Source: Acidobacteriota bacterium (lineage in GTDB: Bacteria > Acidobacteriota > UBA890 > WLXD01). From it: a DNA stretch of 64,000 nt. This document shows positions 18,874 to 33,201 of this stretch, one piece after another. The stretch lies in NCBI GenBank assembly GCA_965248695.1, contig CBDFKD010000002.1, forward strand, positions 5,440,001-5,504,000, in the 5' to 3' direction. A model generated the notes under the pieces. That model worked only from the letters and a program-made list of their open reading frames with translations. It did not search any database and was not told the DNA's origin. The number at the start of each line of letters is the position of its first letter. Position 1 is the first letter of the stretch. A program made the position numbers and the translations under genes.

Positions 18874-19031
18874 ATCTCCCTCTCAGGGGGTCCGGAGCCG
18901 TCGAAAAACAAGGCAGTTGACCCCGTGTAGCGGCCGTTTGGCGCGCCGAGCCGATGCTACACTGCTCCTAGCGTCGCGCTTCTCGAGCGCCGCCACGGCG
19001 CTCACCTCCCTCGCCGACCCGGAAGTTCTCG

Positions 19032-22703
<3,672 letters not shown>

Positions 22704-22713
22704 GCTGATCCCT

Positions 22714-23897
22714 TTGCACCGCGAGCGAGTTGGCCCCGTTCCCGTCCTGATCCGTCGCGCGAACTGCTACGCGCCCGCCCCGCTGGGCGTCCGCGACGTC
22801 TTCTGCGCCGGCGGCAGCATCGTCGAAGTCGCCGACGACATCGACCCACCCGGTGGACTCGACATGCAGGTGATCGATGGCGCCGATCAGATGGTTGTGC
22901 CCGGCCTGATCGACGGTCATGTCCACATCGCCGGCGCCGGTGGCGAAGGCGGACCGGCAACGCGCACCCCGGAGATGCCGCTGTCATGGATGATCGAGGC
23001 GGGGATCACCACGGTCGTTGGCTTGCTGGGCACCGACGGCGTCACGCGTAGCCTCGACAATCTGCTGATGAAAGCGAAGGGACTGCGAGCCGAAGGCGTC
23101 TCGGCGTGGATCTGGACCGGCTCGTACCAGCTGCCGCCGCCGACGCTCACCGGCGATGTGGCGCGCGATATCGCCATCATCGACGAAGTCGTCGGGGTCG
23201 GTGAGATCGCCATCGCCGATCATCGCTCCTCCAACCCCGAGGCCCTGGATCTTGTTCGTCTCGCCAAGGAAGCCCGCCTCGGCGGCATGCTCGGCGGGAA
23301 GTGCGGCCTTGTCCACCTCCACCTTGGCGACGCGGAGGAACGTTCGGCGTCGTTTACGACGCGGTGAGGATTTCCGAGCTCGGCCGTTCGCAGTTCTACC
23401 CTACCCACGTGAATCGCAACGCCCACTGTTTCGAGCACGCTAAGCAGTACGCGCTCGAAGCGCCGGTCGACATCACGGCCTGCGGCTGGACCGAAGCCGA
23501 CAATGCGGAGCTCAAGCCCTCGCGGGCCCTACGCGACCTTCTGGAGGCCGGCGTACCAGTCGACAACATCACCATGAGCTCCGATGCCTGTGGCTCCCTG
23601 CCCGAGTTCGATGCCGACGGAGCCCTCCTGCGCCTGGTGAGCGGCCGACCGCACGAGATCTGGCGACAGATCGTCGATGCGGTACAGGTGGAGGGACTCA
23701 CGCTGTCAGAGGCGCTCGCCACCGCGACCGTCAACCCGGCCACGGTTCTCCAGCTTCCTGGCAAGGGAGTCATCGCGGCGGGCGCCGACGCCGACCTGCT
23801 GATGGTGGACTCGGAGCTGAATATTCAGACGGTGATTGCCGGCGGTGAAGTTCTGATGCGTGACGGCGTGGTCTGTCGCCGCGGCACGTTCGAGTAG
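22714..23897 (+). pseudogene. iadA: Beta-aspartyl peptidase (isoaspartyl dipeptidase), split by a frameshift near 23341
   Basis: PGLIDGHVHIAGAGGEGG and GEIAIADHRSS are in one frame; PTHVNR, SSDACGS and NPA are in the next frame. Confidence 0.85.
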
Positions 23898-23925
23898 TCC
23901 GGCCCGCTGCAGCAGTGGCGCCGGC

Positions 23926-25932
23926 CTATCGTGGCAGGTGGGCCTCGATGCCGCCGCCGACACCGCCGGTAAACAGCTCGAGTCGACCGTCGCCGTCGAT
24001 ATCGACGAACGCCGGGGTGACGAACGCATGTCCACCTGCAGGCAGCGCACCATCGGCCTCGAACACTGGAGACTGCGGCGTCCCGGTGTTGCGAAACAGC
24101 GCTAGCCCCTCGGCCTCGGAGCCCACCACCAGATCCAGGTCGCCGTCGCCGTCGATATCGGTCAAGGTCGGCGCGCTACGACGTCCGACGTCTATGGCAC
24201 CGAACTTGTCATCGACAAGCTCGTAGATCGGAGAGCTTGCCGAGCCGGAGTTGCGGTAGAAGTTCAGCTCCCCGGAAGACTCGCCGATAAACAGATCGAG
24301 ATCGCCGTCGGCGTCGATATCCCCCAGCGCCGGCACCGCATTGCGCCCGCGAGTGAGCTTGGCGATCTCAGGATCGGCCACCACCCAACTCGGGCTACTG
24401 CTGTCGCCCTCGTTGAGCACCAGCTGCAGCTCGTCGTCCCAGGTACCCATGAGGATGTCGAGATCACCATCAGCGTCCAGGTCACCGAAGGCAGGCGCGT
24501 AGTGGTAGGCGCTGGAGAACTCCTCGACCGGGCCGCGCAGCTGTAGACGAGGCCGCGTCGCGCTACCGATGTTCTCGAAAAAGAACACGCGTCCGGCGCG
24601 CGTATCGCCAGGCTCGATCTTGTTGCTGAGGAACAGGTCGAGATCACCGTCGGCATCGATGTCGGCGAAGGCCGGGAAGCTCTCGCTACCGACGTCGACC
24701 TGACTCAGGAAGCGCCGCGTCCGCAGCTCGAGTCGTCGGGCACCGGTACGCTCCAGCTGCAGGAAGTTGTCGACGGTCGTGTTGTTGGGGTTGAAGGCTC
24801 CGCCGAGCACGCCGACCAGGAGATCGACATCACCGTCGCCATCCAGATCACCGAAAGCCGGGGCGTTGTAGCCACTCGTCTTCACCGGGTCGTTGGGTGG
24901 AAACGGTATTGGCTCCGAGCGAAGCGACGGAGCTCGGCATGAACCGCGGTTCTCGATCAGCAGCAGCCCGGGCTCGAAGAAGTCGCCCCAGAACAGATCG
25001 AGGTCACCGTCCCCGTCGAAGTCGACGAACGCCATGGTATTGGCGCCGTGCAATGTCCCTCGATTGCCGGCACCCTGGGTTCCGCTAGGACCGGTGCCGG
25101 GGGTGGGGCCACCGAGTACCTGGCCAATGATCTCGATACCCTGGAACCGATCTTCCAGGTGGCGAAACACGGGGGCGCCCCGTTCGTCCAGTTCGACCAT
25201 CTCGTTGCGAGTTATGGTGCCCTCGACGCGTCCCACCATGAGATCGAGGCGGCCGTCACAGTCGAGGTCGGCCACCTTCGGGATGTTCTGCCGATCGGCG
25301 AACACGGGCTCGCCCTGATCGTCCATGAGACGTTCGGTCAGCAGCACGAAGCGTGGCGTCGCCCGGTCGCCCTGGTTCTGGTACATGCGTACCAGGCTGA
25401 ACCGCTCTTCGCCCAGCAGATCGAGGTCGCCGTCAGCGTCGACGTCGACGAACAGGTACCACTCCCCGATATCGACGTCCTGGTATGCATCGGTGCGCCA
25501 GACGTAGCGCGGCGCGTCCGGTGTCCCGGTCTGTTCGAAGAACATCACATCGCCGGAGTACTCCTGCACGAACAGATCGAGATCGCCGTCATTGTCGATA
25601 TCGGCGAGCTGCGGCCGTGGCAGGTTGAGTCCACCGAGGAACGGATGCGCATACGCGATGCCGTCTGTGTCGAGCACCTCGAAGGCATACACATCCCGCT
25701 CGAGCTCGGGGGCAGGCGCACCGGCCTCCTGGAGTGCTAGCCCGCGGGCGCCGACGAGCAGGCCCGCTGCCCCCAGAACCAGGCTCAATGCACCGAACCC
25801 AGCGCGTCGTCGCGAGACGAGCGGGAGATACCGGCATCGACTCGGCCGGGGCACACACTCAACAACAGGTACGGGATGGGTCACACGATCTCCGTCGAAC
25901 ACCGGGCCGGCGCAGCTGGGGCGCGCGCTCAA
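23926..25932 (-). CDS. FG-GAP/VCBS repeat beta-propeller protein, secreted
   Basis: About ten D-x-D-x-D-G-D-L-D-L repeats; the true start is probably somewhat downstream of 25932. Confidence 0.85.
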   Translation of the reverse strand: MSARPSCAGPVFDGDRVTHPVPVVECVPRPSRCRYLPLVSRRRAGFGALSLVLGAAGLLVGARGLALQEAGAPAPELERDVYAFEVLDTDGIAYAHPFLGGLNLPRPQLADIDNDGDLDLFVQEYSGDVMFFEQTGTPDAPRYVWRTDAYQDVDIGEWYLFVDVDADGDLDLLGEERFSLVRMYQNQGDRATPRFVLLTERLMDDQGEPVFADRQNIPKVADLDCDGRLDLMVGRVEGTITRNEMVELDERGAPVFRHLEDRFQGIEIIGQVLGGPTPGTGPSGTQGAGNRGTLHGANTMAFVDFDGDGDLDLFWGDFFEPGLLLIENRGSCRAPSLRSEPIPFPPNDPVKTSGYNAPAFGDLDGDGDVDLLVGVLGGAFNPNNTTVDNFLQLERTGARRLELRTRRFLSQVDVGSESFPAFADIDADGDLDLFLSNKIEPGDTRAGRVFFFENIGSATRPRLQLRGPVEEFSSAYHYAPAFGDLDADGDLDILMGTWDDELQLVLNEGDSSSPSWVVADPEIAKLTRGRNAVPALGDIDADGDLDLFIGESSGELNFYRNSGSASSPIYELVDDKFGAIDVGRRSAPTLTDIDGDGDLDLVVGSEAEGLALFRNTGTPQSPVFEADGALPAGGHAFVTPAFVDIDGDGRLELFTGGVGGGIEAHLPR

Positions 25933-25969
25933 CTGTAGCGCAAACGGAAACCATGCAGACGCACCCGGA

Positions 25970-26563
25970 TCAGGAGCTCAACGCGGCGCGCAACTCGTGA
26001 GCCGACTGGCGAATCGAGCTGCGAAGATACTGCGACGAGGCCGCAGCCCCGCGCCCGAGCGGTCCTTCGCTGCCGGGCTCGACGCGAACGGATGCCAGCA
26101 CCGGCCCGGCGCCGGAAAGCACCTCCGGCAGCTGTCGCTGATACTCGACGGCGTCGTCGAACGCGTAGGTTCGCTCGAACCCGACAGCGCGGGCGGCAGC
26201 GCCGAAGTCGGTCCGTCCTTGTGCCGCCAGCGCCTGGCTACCGGTGATCTCGTAGGTGCCGTTGTCGACGATCAGCAGCGTCAGATTGACGACCTCCGCA
26301 TCCACAATCGTCGCCAGCGTTCCGAGGCTCATGAGCATGCTGCCGTCGCCATTCAGGCAGATCACCCCCCGTTGTGGCTGCGCCAACGCCAGACCCAGTG
26401 CGAGGTCGGCCGCGTGGCCCATGGCGCTATCGGCCGAGGCGAAGTCGAGATGACTGCGCGAATGGCGCGCCCAGGGCCGCACCACCGACATCGTCGTGAC
26501 CACGATGCGCTCACCGCGTAGCCGAGCCAGCGGAGCCAGGAGCTCGTCTTTGGTGAGCATCAC
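25970..26563 (-). CDS. TPP-dependent decarboxylase C-terminal subunit (ComE / phosphonopyruvate decarboxylase beta-like)
   Basis: AMGHA, then the NGDGSMLM...VDNG TPP-binding motif. Confidence 0.8.
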   Translation of the reverse strand: MMLTKDELLAPLARLRGERIVVTTMSVVRPWARHSRSHLDFASADSAMGHAADLALGLALAQPQRGVICLNGDGSMLMSLGTLATIVDAEVVNLTLLIVDNGTYEITGSQALAAQGRTDFGAAARAVGFERTYAFDDAVEYQRQLPEVLSGAGPVLASVRVEPGSEGPLGRGAAASSQYLRSSIRQSAHELRAALSS

Positions 26564-27126
26564 ACCAACCCGCGAGTCAGGAGGACGGCGGTCGGCTGCG
26601 ACTGCCGGGCAGCGGTTTCGAGAGCTCGCGGCAGCACCGTGTCGGTGTCGGCATCGGATCCGTGGCGCCAGAACGGAACGCCCCAGGCGGTCAGCGTCGG
26701 CTCGGTCAGGAGCGCCACCGAGTCAACGTCGGCACGGGTCAACACCTCGGCCTCGGGACTCTGCGGAGGGGGGTCCAGCCCGGCCGCCAGCATCTTGGCG
26801 TAGCCGCGATAACCAACCAGGCATAACAACGGAACGCCCATGCGCAAGGCCGTACCTCGCAGGCTGTCGCCGCTCTCGAGCAACCCGGTGTTCTGGATGA
26901 TCACCACGGGCTGCTGACCACCGATCCACAGGCCGGTGGCAACGGCGAACGCCTCGCCTTCCCGGGCGACGCGCAATAGCCGAATGGTCGGATGGTCGCG
27001 CACCAGCTCGAAGATCGCGGCGGTGTCGTTGTCGGGTATTCCGACAGCGTGGGTCGCACCCAAGCGCACCAGACGATCGACGAGCCGAGCTCCGCTCGGT
27101 GGTCCGCTAGCGTCGGCGCCGGCCAT
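26560..27126 (-). CDS. TPP-dependent decarboxylase N-terminal subunit (ComD / phosphonopyruvate decarboxylase alpha-like)
   Basis: GIPD, REGEAFAVATG, IQNTG and GYRG; overlaps the downstream subunit by 4 nt. Confidence 0.8.
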   Translation of the reverse strand: MAGADASGPPSGARLVDRLVRLGATHAVGIPDNDTAAIFELVRDHPTIRLLRVAREGEAFAVATGLWIGGQQPVVIIQNTGLLESGDSLRGTALRMGVPLLCLVGYRGYAKMLAAGLDPPPQSPEAEVLTRADVDSVALLTEPTLTAWGVPFWRHGSDADTDTVLPRALETAARQSQPTAVLLTRGLV

Positions 27127-27134
27127 TCGGTTAT

Positions 27135-29552
27135 CTACGGTCGCGGCCGATCGGCGTCGTGCACTTTGAGGATGAAGAGCCCCTCTTTGCCCGAGGTCAC
27201 CGCCACCACGCCGCTGTCGAAAAAGGGGTAGTTGCTCCACGAGCCGATCGCGCCGGAGAGGATGTCCCCCATGCCGTCGTTCTCGCCCCAGGGCACGGTA
27301 TCGAAGAACCCCAGCGGCTGCGGTCGCTCGCGATCGCTGATATCGAGCACATGCAACCCGCTACGGTAGTTCGACTGGTACATCACGTCGCCGACGATAT
27401 AGAGATTGTGGTCGGTGGCCGGATTGTCGGTGGTGTACTCACCCACCAGGATCGGGTCCTCCAGATCCTGCACGTCCCAGATCAGCGTCCGCGTGCCACT
27501 TACCAGGCCGGCGATCTCGTCGCCCTCGTCGTTCATGTAGAAGTAGCGATGTTCCCCGTCCAGCCAGCCCTGATGCGTGTAGGCCAGGTTCGGGTAGGTC
27601 GCCAGCGCGATCACCTGCGGGTTGCGCTTGTCGGTAACATCCCCGATCCCGAAGGCCCGACCGTCCGAGCTAAAGCAGACCTCGCGACCCTGGTAGCGAT
27701 CGTCGGGGCCCTGGTAGGTCACACATTGCACATCGTGCGTGCCGCCGGGGCCACGCGGACTGCTCGCCTGCGGCTCGAAACAGCCGGCGAAGATCGGATT
27801 GCGTGGATCCTCGACGTTGATCATGTGCAGCGCGCCGCCGCAGGTCTCGCCGCCCGAGCTGTTGCCGACGGCGTACGCGAAGGCGCTGTCGGCGTTGATA
27901 TGGAGGTTGTGCGACGAGTTCACACCGTCGTAATGCGCCGCCTCGCTGAAGGCGAGCGGTGTGCCCTCGAACTGCCGCAGCAGCGTGAGGTCGAAAACCT
28001 GGACACCATGCGGCCCAGAGGCGTCGGCCACGATGAAGGCGTGATCGGCGTAGACCTTGATGTCACGCCATAGGCTGGGCGGCGAGGCCGCCGGTTTCGG
28101 CAACTTGCCCACGAAAACGGGAGCGTAGGGGTCGGTGACGTCGACAAACGCAGTACCGTCGCGCATACCGACGATGGCGTAGTCGTGATCGCTCTGTGGA
28201 TCCGTCCAGCCCCAAATATCGTTGGTGGTCACGCCGCGCCCGCCACCGATGTCCTGAATTGGCAGGAAGGCGATGAGGTCGACGTTGTCGCATTCGAAGA
28301 TCCCGGCTCGACCGTCGACACACTCGACGGCGCCGTCGGTGATCGCCGGCATGCCTCGGGCGCCGCTGAGCACTCGTGAACGATCCCAGCCATCCCCGAG
28401 CCGGCTCAAGATGACGGCGCTGCCGGCGCCGTAGTCATCCCCCGGCAACCCCGCCACTACCAGGTCGCCGTTCGCCGCCAACGCAGCACCATAAGCGGAA
28501 CCGAACTTGAGGCCCCTGGCGCCGAGCTTGGCCGCCGCAGCCCACTCGCCCGACCGATCGCGCGTGAAGCGATACACACGCCCTTCCAGCCGCCCGGAGC
28601 CCGCACCGGGAGCACCGACCAGCGCCTCGTCGTCGCCCAGCACCAGGTCGATTCCGAACATCGCGCCGGCGGGGGAATCGAACGGCGCCAGCCCACCGTC
28701 CTGGTTCCAGCTGGCGTCGTTCTCGACGTAGCGGTAGCGGTAGACCGCCCCGGCGAAATCATCGGTACCGACGGCACCGATGAGCGCCTCGTTTCCAGTC
28801 ACGGCCAGACTCGAACCGAACATCGCCCCGGCGGCGCGGCGCGGAGGAGACTCGAGCTTGTCGACACGATCCCACTGGTCACCGTCGCGGCGAAACACGT
28901 AGACGCTCCCCTGCGGCGGGCTCTGCTGGAACTGTCCGCGAAGAAACATGTCCACCCGGCCGCCCGGGGCTCCGACGAAGATCCACTCGCCCGCCTGCGC
29001 CACCGTCGCGCCGAACCCTTCCGGCGCGTTCGAGGCGGCATCGCTCCCATCGCCGGCAATGGTTGCGGTCAGCGCCCATCCGTCGCCGGCCGGCTCGAAG
29101 ATAAACGCGCTGCCTGCGCCGCCGTTGGCCCCCGGCGCGCCGACGAGAACGCGGTCGTGGCCGAGTGCCACGGCGCCGCCGAAACCGGCGACCGCCGCAT
29201 CGGGAGCAATGCGGTCGGACTCCTCCCAGACGCCGGCGCGACGCTCGAACAGATACGCAGCACCCGCGGCGTCCGCCCCGACGAGCAACAGCTCGCCATC
29301 GACGGCGATCGAACGGCCGAAGCCGTCGGTATCGGCGGCGTCCGAGGCGAGCAGCTCTTGCACCTGATCCCAGCCACCGTTGGCCGGGCGATAGACGTAC
29401 ACGATTCCTGGGCCGATGAGGTTCGCGGGCTCGCCGACGAAGACAACAGCGTCGCCGACCGCCGCGGCGGATCCGTATCCGATCTGAGCGTCCGCCGGCA
29501 TGGCGACCAGGGCGATAGCACACAGGGGCAGCGCCACAGAGAGCTTTCTCAT
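27135..29552 (-). CDS. Choice-of-anchor B family protein with N-terminal FG-GAP repeats
   Basis: FG.....VGAP repeats, then NDIWGWTDP, WRDIKVY, YTHQGW, NDEGDE, DHN and WSNYPF. Confidence 0.82.
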   Translation of the reverse strand: MRKLSVALPLCAIALVAMPADAQIGYGSAAAVGDAVVFVGEPANLIGPGIVYVYRPANGGWDQVQELLASDAADTDGFGRSIAVDGELLLVGADAAGAAYLFERRAGVWEESDRIAPDAAVAGFGGAVALGHDRVLVGAPGANGGAGSAFIFEPAGDGWALTATIAGDGSDAASNAPEGFGATVAQAGEWIFVGAPGGRVDMFLRGQFQQSPPQGSVYVFRRDGDQWDRVDKLESPPRRAAGAMFGSSLAVTGNEALIGAVGTDDFAGAVYRYRYVENDASWNQDGGLAPFDSPAGAMFGIDLVLGDDEALVGAPGAGSGRLEGRVYRFTRDRSGEWAAAAKLGARGLKFGSAYGAALAANGDLVVAGLPGDDYGAGSAVILSRLGDGWDRSRVLSGARGMPAITDGAVECVDGRAGIFECDNVDLIAFLPIQDIGGGRGVTTNDIWGWTDPQSDHDYAIVGMRDGTAFVDVTDPYAPVFVGKLPKPAASPPSLWRDIKVYADHAFIVADASGPHGVQVFDLTLLRQFEGTPLAFSEAAHYDGVNSSHNLHINADSAFAYAVGNSSGGETCGGALHMINVEDPRNPIFAGCFEPQASSPRGPGGTHDVQCVTYQGPDDRYQGREVCFSSDGRAFGIGDVTDKRNPQVIALATYPNLAYTHQGWLDGEHRYFYMNDEGDEIAGLVSGTRTLIWDVQDLEDPILVGEYTTDNPATDHNLYIVGDVMYQSNYRSGLHVLDISDRERPQPLGFFDTVPWGENDGMGDILSGAIGSWSNYPFFDSGVVAVTSGKEGLFILKVHDADRPRP

Positions 29553-29638
29553 GGATATTCCTCGGTTACCTGGAGACGAAGGATTCTGCCACACGGCCCG
29601 GCGCATCCCGGCAACGCGTGCCGCTACCCCAGGGCCGG

Positions 29639-30715
29639 TCAGCCCCCGGTGGCTGTGCCCACGCCAGCGGCGTAGGCTGGCACCTCGAGCACCTTGACGA
29701 CGCGGCGCGACTCCGTATCGATGATGTTCAGCGTGCCCGGGGGCTTCTCGCCGTCAGCGAACTCGCCATACTCCCCCGCCGTGTTGCGGCCGGAGACGAA
29801 CAGCCAGCGACCGTCTTCCGAGATGCCGCTGCCGTGGGGCTCGAACAGTCCGCCACCGCTGATCTGACCCGCCAGCTGCCAGCTGGCGGTGTCGATCACC
29901 GCCACCGCGTTGGAGGTGCGTTGCGGGAAATACACCACCGAGCCATCCGGTGAGTAGACCGGGTGCCAGGGCTGACCACCGAGCGGAAAGCGCTTTTGCA
30001 GTCGCGGATTGCGGGCGTCGCTGATGTCGAACACCACTATCTCGCCGGAGATCTGTCCGCCGGTCACCATCGTGTTGCCGTCCGGCGAGATGGCGAACTG
30101 CACGAACGTGTGGATAGCACCCGGAACGTCGAGCAGCTCGAGACCCTCTTCGGCCGGCTCCACTGTCGCCAGGCGATTCTCTGCCAGGCTCGCGGTGTAA
30201 ACCACCTCGCCATTGGGGTTGGCCATCACGGCGTGGGGACGAGCGAAGAAGACGTCGATCTCTTCGATCGCCATGCTGTCGCGCTCGATTACGCCGATGC
30301 GCGTCGGTGGGCTCACAGCCGCCATCGATCGCCCCACGTAGAGTGACCTGCCGGCAGGGCCCATCGACAGCATGCCGGGCGTCTCGAACTCGGCCTGGCC
30401 CACCAGGTTGTTGTCCCGGTCGAACTTCAGCACTCGCCAATCGGCGATCAGCGAGACGTACCAGTGCGACCCGTCGGGTTCGACGGCCACATGGTGTGGC
30501 TTGCAGTTGGCGCTGAACCCGAGCGCCGTGAGGTCGACCGTGGCGACCACCTCTTGGGTCTCGATATCGACTACCGAGACCGCAGCACCGTCCTGACTGG
30601 CGACGTAGACGAGGCTCGAAGGCGTCGCCCAGGCGGTGGAAGACCACGCCAATGCGACGACGATCAGGGTCACGGCGATCAGCGACCCCAGTATCCTGCG
30701 AGCGATCTCCTTCAT
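29639..30715 (-). CDS. YncE/YVTN-type beta-propeller protein, secreted
   Basis: Repeated VSVVD / PH..A..PDG units; signal peptide. Confidence 0.8.
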   Translation of the reverse strand: MKEIARRILGSLIAVTLIVVALAWSSTAWATPSSLVYVASQDGAAVSVVDIETQEVVATVDLTALGFSANCKPHHVAVEPDGSHWYVSLIADWRVLKFDRDNNLVGQAEFETPGMLSMGPAGRSLYVGRSMAAVSPPTRIGVIERDSMAIEEIDVFFARPHAVMANPNGEVVYTASLAENRLATVEPAEEGLELLDVPGAIHTFVQFAISPDGNTMVTGGQISGEIVVFDISDARNPRLQKRFPLGGQPWHPVYSPDGSVVYFPQRTSNAVAVIDTASWQLAGQISGGGLFEPHGSGISEDGRWLFVSGRNTAGEYGEFADGEKPPGTLNIIDTESRRVVKVLEVPAYAAGVGTATGG

Positions 30716-33201
30716 TCCCTTTCCGACTCGCCAGGCGTGGCGGTGGGCGCCGCGTCGTCGCGCAGCTTGGCGACGAAAAAGCCCTCGCTCATCGAGGTGA
30801 TCACCACGATGCCGCTACCGAAGTACGGGTAGTTGCTCCACGATCCCGCCATCCCCTCGCCGTCCTCTCCGTACGGCACGGTATCGATGTAGCCGATCTC
30901 CTTGATCTCCTCGGGCTCAGAGACGTCGAAGACCCGGAGTCCCGAGTCGTAGTTCGACTGGTACATGACGTTACCGACAACGTAGAGATTGTGGTCGATG
31001 GCGGGGTTGTCGGAGACGAACTCCTTGGCAACGATCGGATCCTCGAGGTCCTGCACGTCCCAGACGATCGTCCGCGTCCCTTCCACCAGGCGCATCATCT
31101 CGTCGCCTTCGTCGTTCATGTAGAAGTAGCGGTGATCGTCGGTGAGCCAACCCTGGTGGCTGTAGGAAACGTTGGGATAGCTCGCCATGCCGATCGACTG
31201 CGGGTCGCGCTTGTCGCTGACGTCGGCGATCGACAGCGCCGTCTCGTTGGAGCCGAAACAGATCTCCCGGCCCGTGTAGCGCTCGTCCGGACCGTGGTAG
31301 CTCACACACTGCGCGTCATGCGAGTAACCGGTGCCGCGCTCGCCCGTGCGGATGTCCTGGAAACACCCCGCGAAGACGGGCTGCTTGGGATCCTCGATAT
31401 TCACCATGTGGAGTCCACCACCGCACGTCTCGCCGCCGCCGCTGGCACCAACGATGAAGGCGAAAGCAGTTTCCTCGTTGATGACGATGTTGTGGGCCGA
31501 GTTCATGTCGGTGTAGATCACGTCCTCTTCGAAGATGATCGGATCGCCGTCGAACTCGCGCAGACGCTTCAGATCGAAAACCTGCATGCCGTGCTCACCG
31601 GCGCTGTCGGAGACGATGAAGGCATGGTCGGCATAGACCTTGATATCGCGCCAGATACTCGTGACAGCGCCGTCCGTCCGCGGAAGCTTGCCGACATAGA
31701 CCGGGTTGTAGGGGTCGGTGACATCGACGAACGAGGCCGCTGTGCTGAGCCCAACGATGGCGATGTCGCGATCCGTGTCGGGATCGGTCCATCCCCAGAT
31801 GTCATTCACCACCACACCGCGACCGCCACCGATCTCGTGCGTCGGCAGGAACGCAAGCAAGTCGACGCCGGCACATTCGAAGTGCCCCGCCTGTCCGGCC
31901 TCGCACGGGACTGCGGCGCCGGTGATGCGCTCGAGCCCCGTGACATCGGACGCCACCGTGGTGCGATCCCAACCACCGTAGGTACGGGTCAAGATCATCG
32001 CCTCGCCGGCACCGAAGTCGACCGCAGGCACCCCGGCGACGATGGTGTCGCCACCGACGGCCAACGCTGCCGCGAAGCGCGAGTCCGGACCGAAGCTGCC
32101 GGTACCGATCTTCGAAACATCCGACCAGTTCCCGGATCCATCGTCGGTGTAGTGGAAGATCACACCCGAGTTGTTGCTGGCTCCCGGCGCTGCCACATAG
32201 ATGCCGTCGTCTTCAACGGCGATGGCGGACCCGAATCCGAACGCCGACCCCTCGAACGGAAACATGCTGGCGGCGCGCGTGAGCTCGCCGCTCTCGGCGT
32301 CATAACGGAAACGCCGCACCGCACCGAGTTGGTTGGCACCAACCGCACCCACGAGCAGCTCGGAGCCCCTGATCGCCAGCGATGAGCCGAAGCGATCGTT
32401 CTCCATCGAGAAATCCCCGAGCGCCGTTACCTGCTCCCAGCCGTCGTCGGCGCGGCGGAACACGTAGACCAAGCCGGCGCGCTTGTTCGCCCTGGGGGCA
32501 CCGACGACGGCCCACTCAGCGCTCATCAGCACCGCCGAGCCGAAGCGCTCGGGCGTCGGAGGCTCCGCCTCGTCATCTCCCTCGTTGTCCTCGCCCAGTC
32601 CGGCGTGCGCAGCTGCCAGCCCACCATCCGCCGCCGCATCGTCACCGTCGACGGCGGGCTCGGAGTCCCGGCGCATGCCCGACAGGCGCGCAACCTGGAC
32701 CCACTGGTGGTCCTGCATCTCGAACACGTAGGCCGCTCCCCGGTTGCCATCGGCCGCTGGCGCTCCGACGACCAGGCGCTCCCCATCGCGCGACATGGCG
32801 GCACCGAACCGGTCGCCATCGAGTCCATCCGTGGGGACCAACGTGCCGACCTCGTTCCACGACCGGCCGTCGCGGTGGAACATGTACACGGCGCCGCTCG
32901 CATCGTTGACCGCACCGACCAGCAAGAAGTCACCATCAACATCGATCGCGCTGCCAAAGCCGTCGCCGTCGACGGCGTCGGAGGCGGACAGCGCCGCCGC
33001 CTCGACCCAATCGCCGCCAGCGCGGCGGTACACGTAGACATAGCCCGAGCTGGCTAGACTGGCCGGCTCACCGACGAACACCTCCCCATCGGCGATCGCT
33101 ACCATCCGGCCGAACTGGCCAAAACCAACCTGGGCCTGAGCTGGCGCTGCGAACGCAACGAGGACAGGTACAACGGCGAGACAACGGAGGAGCTTCTTCA
33201 C
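30712..33201 (-). CDS. Second choice-of-anchor B family protein with FG-GAP repeats
   Basis: Same motif series as 27135-29552 (NDIWGWTDP, WRDIKVY, YSHQGW, WSNYPY). Confidence 0.82.
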   Translation of the reverse strand: MKKLLRCLAVVPVLVAFAAPAQAQVGFGQFGRMVAIADGEVFVGEPASLASSGYVYVYRRAGGDWVEAAALSASDAVDGDGFGSAIDVDGDFLLVGAVNDASGAVYMFHRDGRSWNEVGTLVPTDGLDGDRFGAAMSRDGERLVVGAPAADGNRGAAYVFEMQDHQWVQVARLSGMRRDSEPAVDGDDAAADGGLAAAHAGLGEDNEGDDEAEPPTPERFGSAVLMSAEWAVVGAPRANKRAGLVYVFRRADDGWEQVTALGDFSMENDRFGSSLAIRGSELLVGAVGANQLGAVRRFRYDAESGELTRAASMFPFEGSAFGFGSAIAVEDDGIYVAAPGASNNSGVIFHYTDDGSGNWSDVSKIGTGSFGPDSRFAAALAVGGDTIVAGVPAVDFGAGEAMILTRTYGGWDRTTVASDVTGLERITGAAVPCEAGQAGHFECAGVDLLAFLPTHEIGGGRGVVVNDIWGWTDPDTDRDIAIVGLSTAASFVDVTDPYNPVYVGKLPRTDGAVTSIWRDIKVYADHAFIVSDSAGEHGMQVFDLKRLREFDGDPIIFEEDVIYTDMNSAHNIVINEETAFAFIVGASGGGETCGGGLHMVNIEDPKQPVFAGCFQDIRTGERGTGYSHDAQCVSYHGPDERYTGREICFGSNETALSIADVSDKRDPQSIGMASYPNVSYSHQGWLTDDHRYFYMNDEGDEMMRLVEGTRTIVWDVQDLEDPIVAKEFVSDNPAIDHNLYVVGNVMYQSNYDSGLRVFDVSEPEEIKEIGYIDTVPYGEDGEGMAGSWSNYPYFGSGIVVITSMSEGFFVAKLRDDAAPTATPGESERE

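Noticed and set aside
18874-19031. SAM or cobalamin riboswitch upstream of metH
   Set aside because: No recognisable consensus core in this short spacer.
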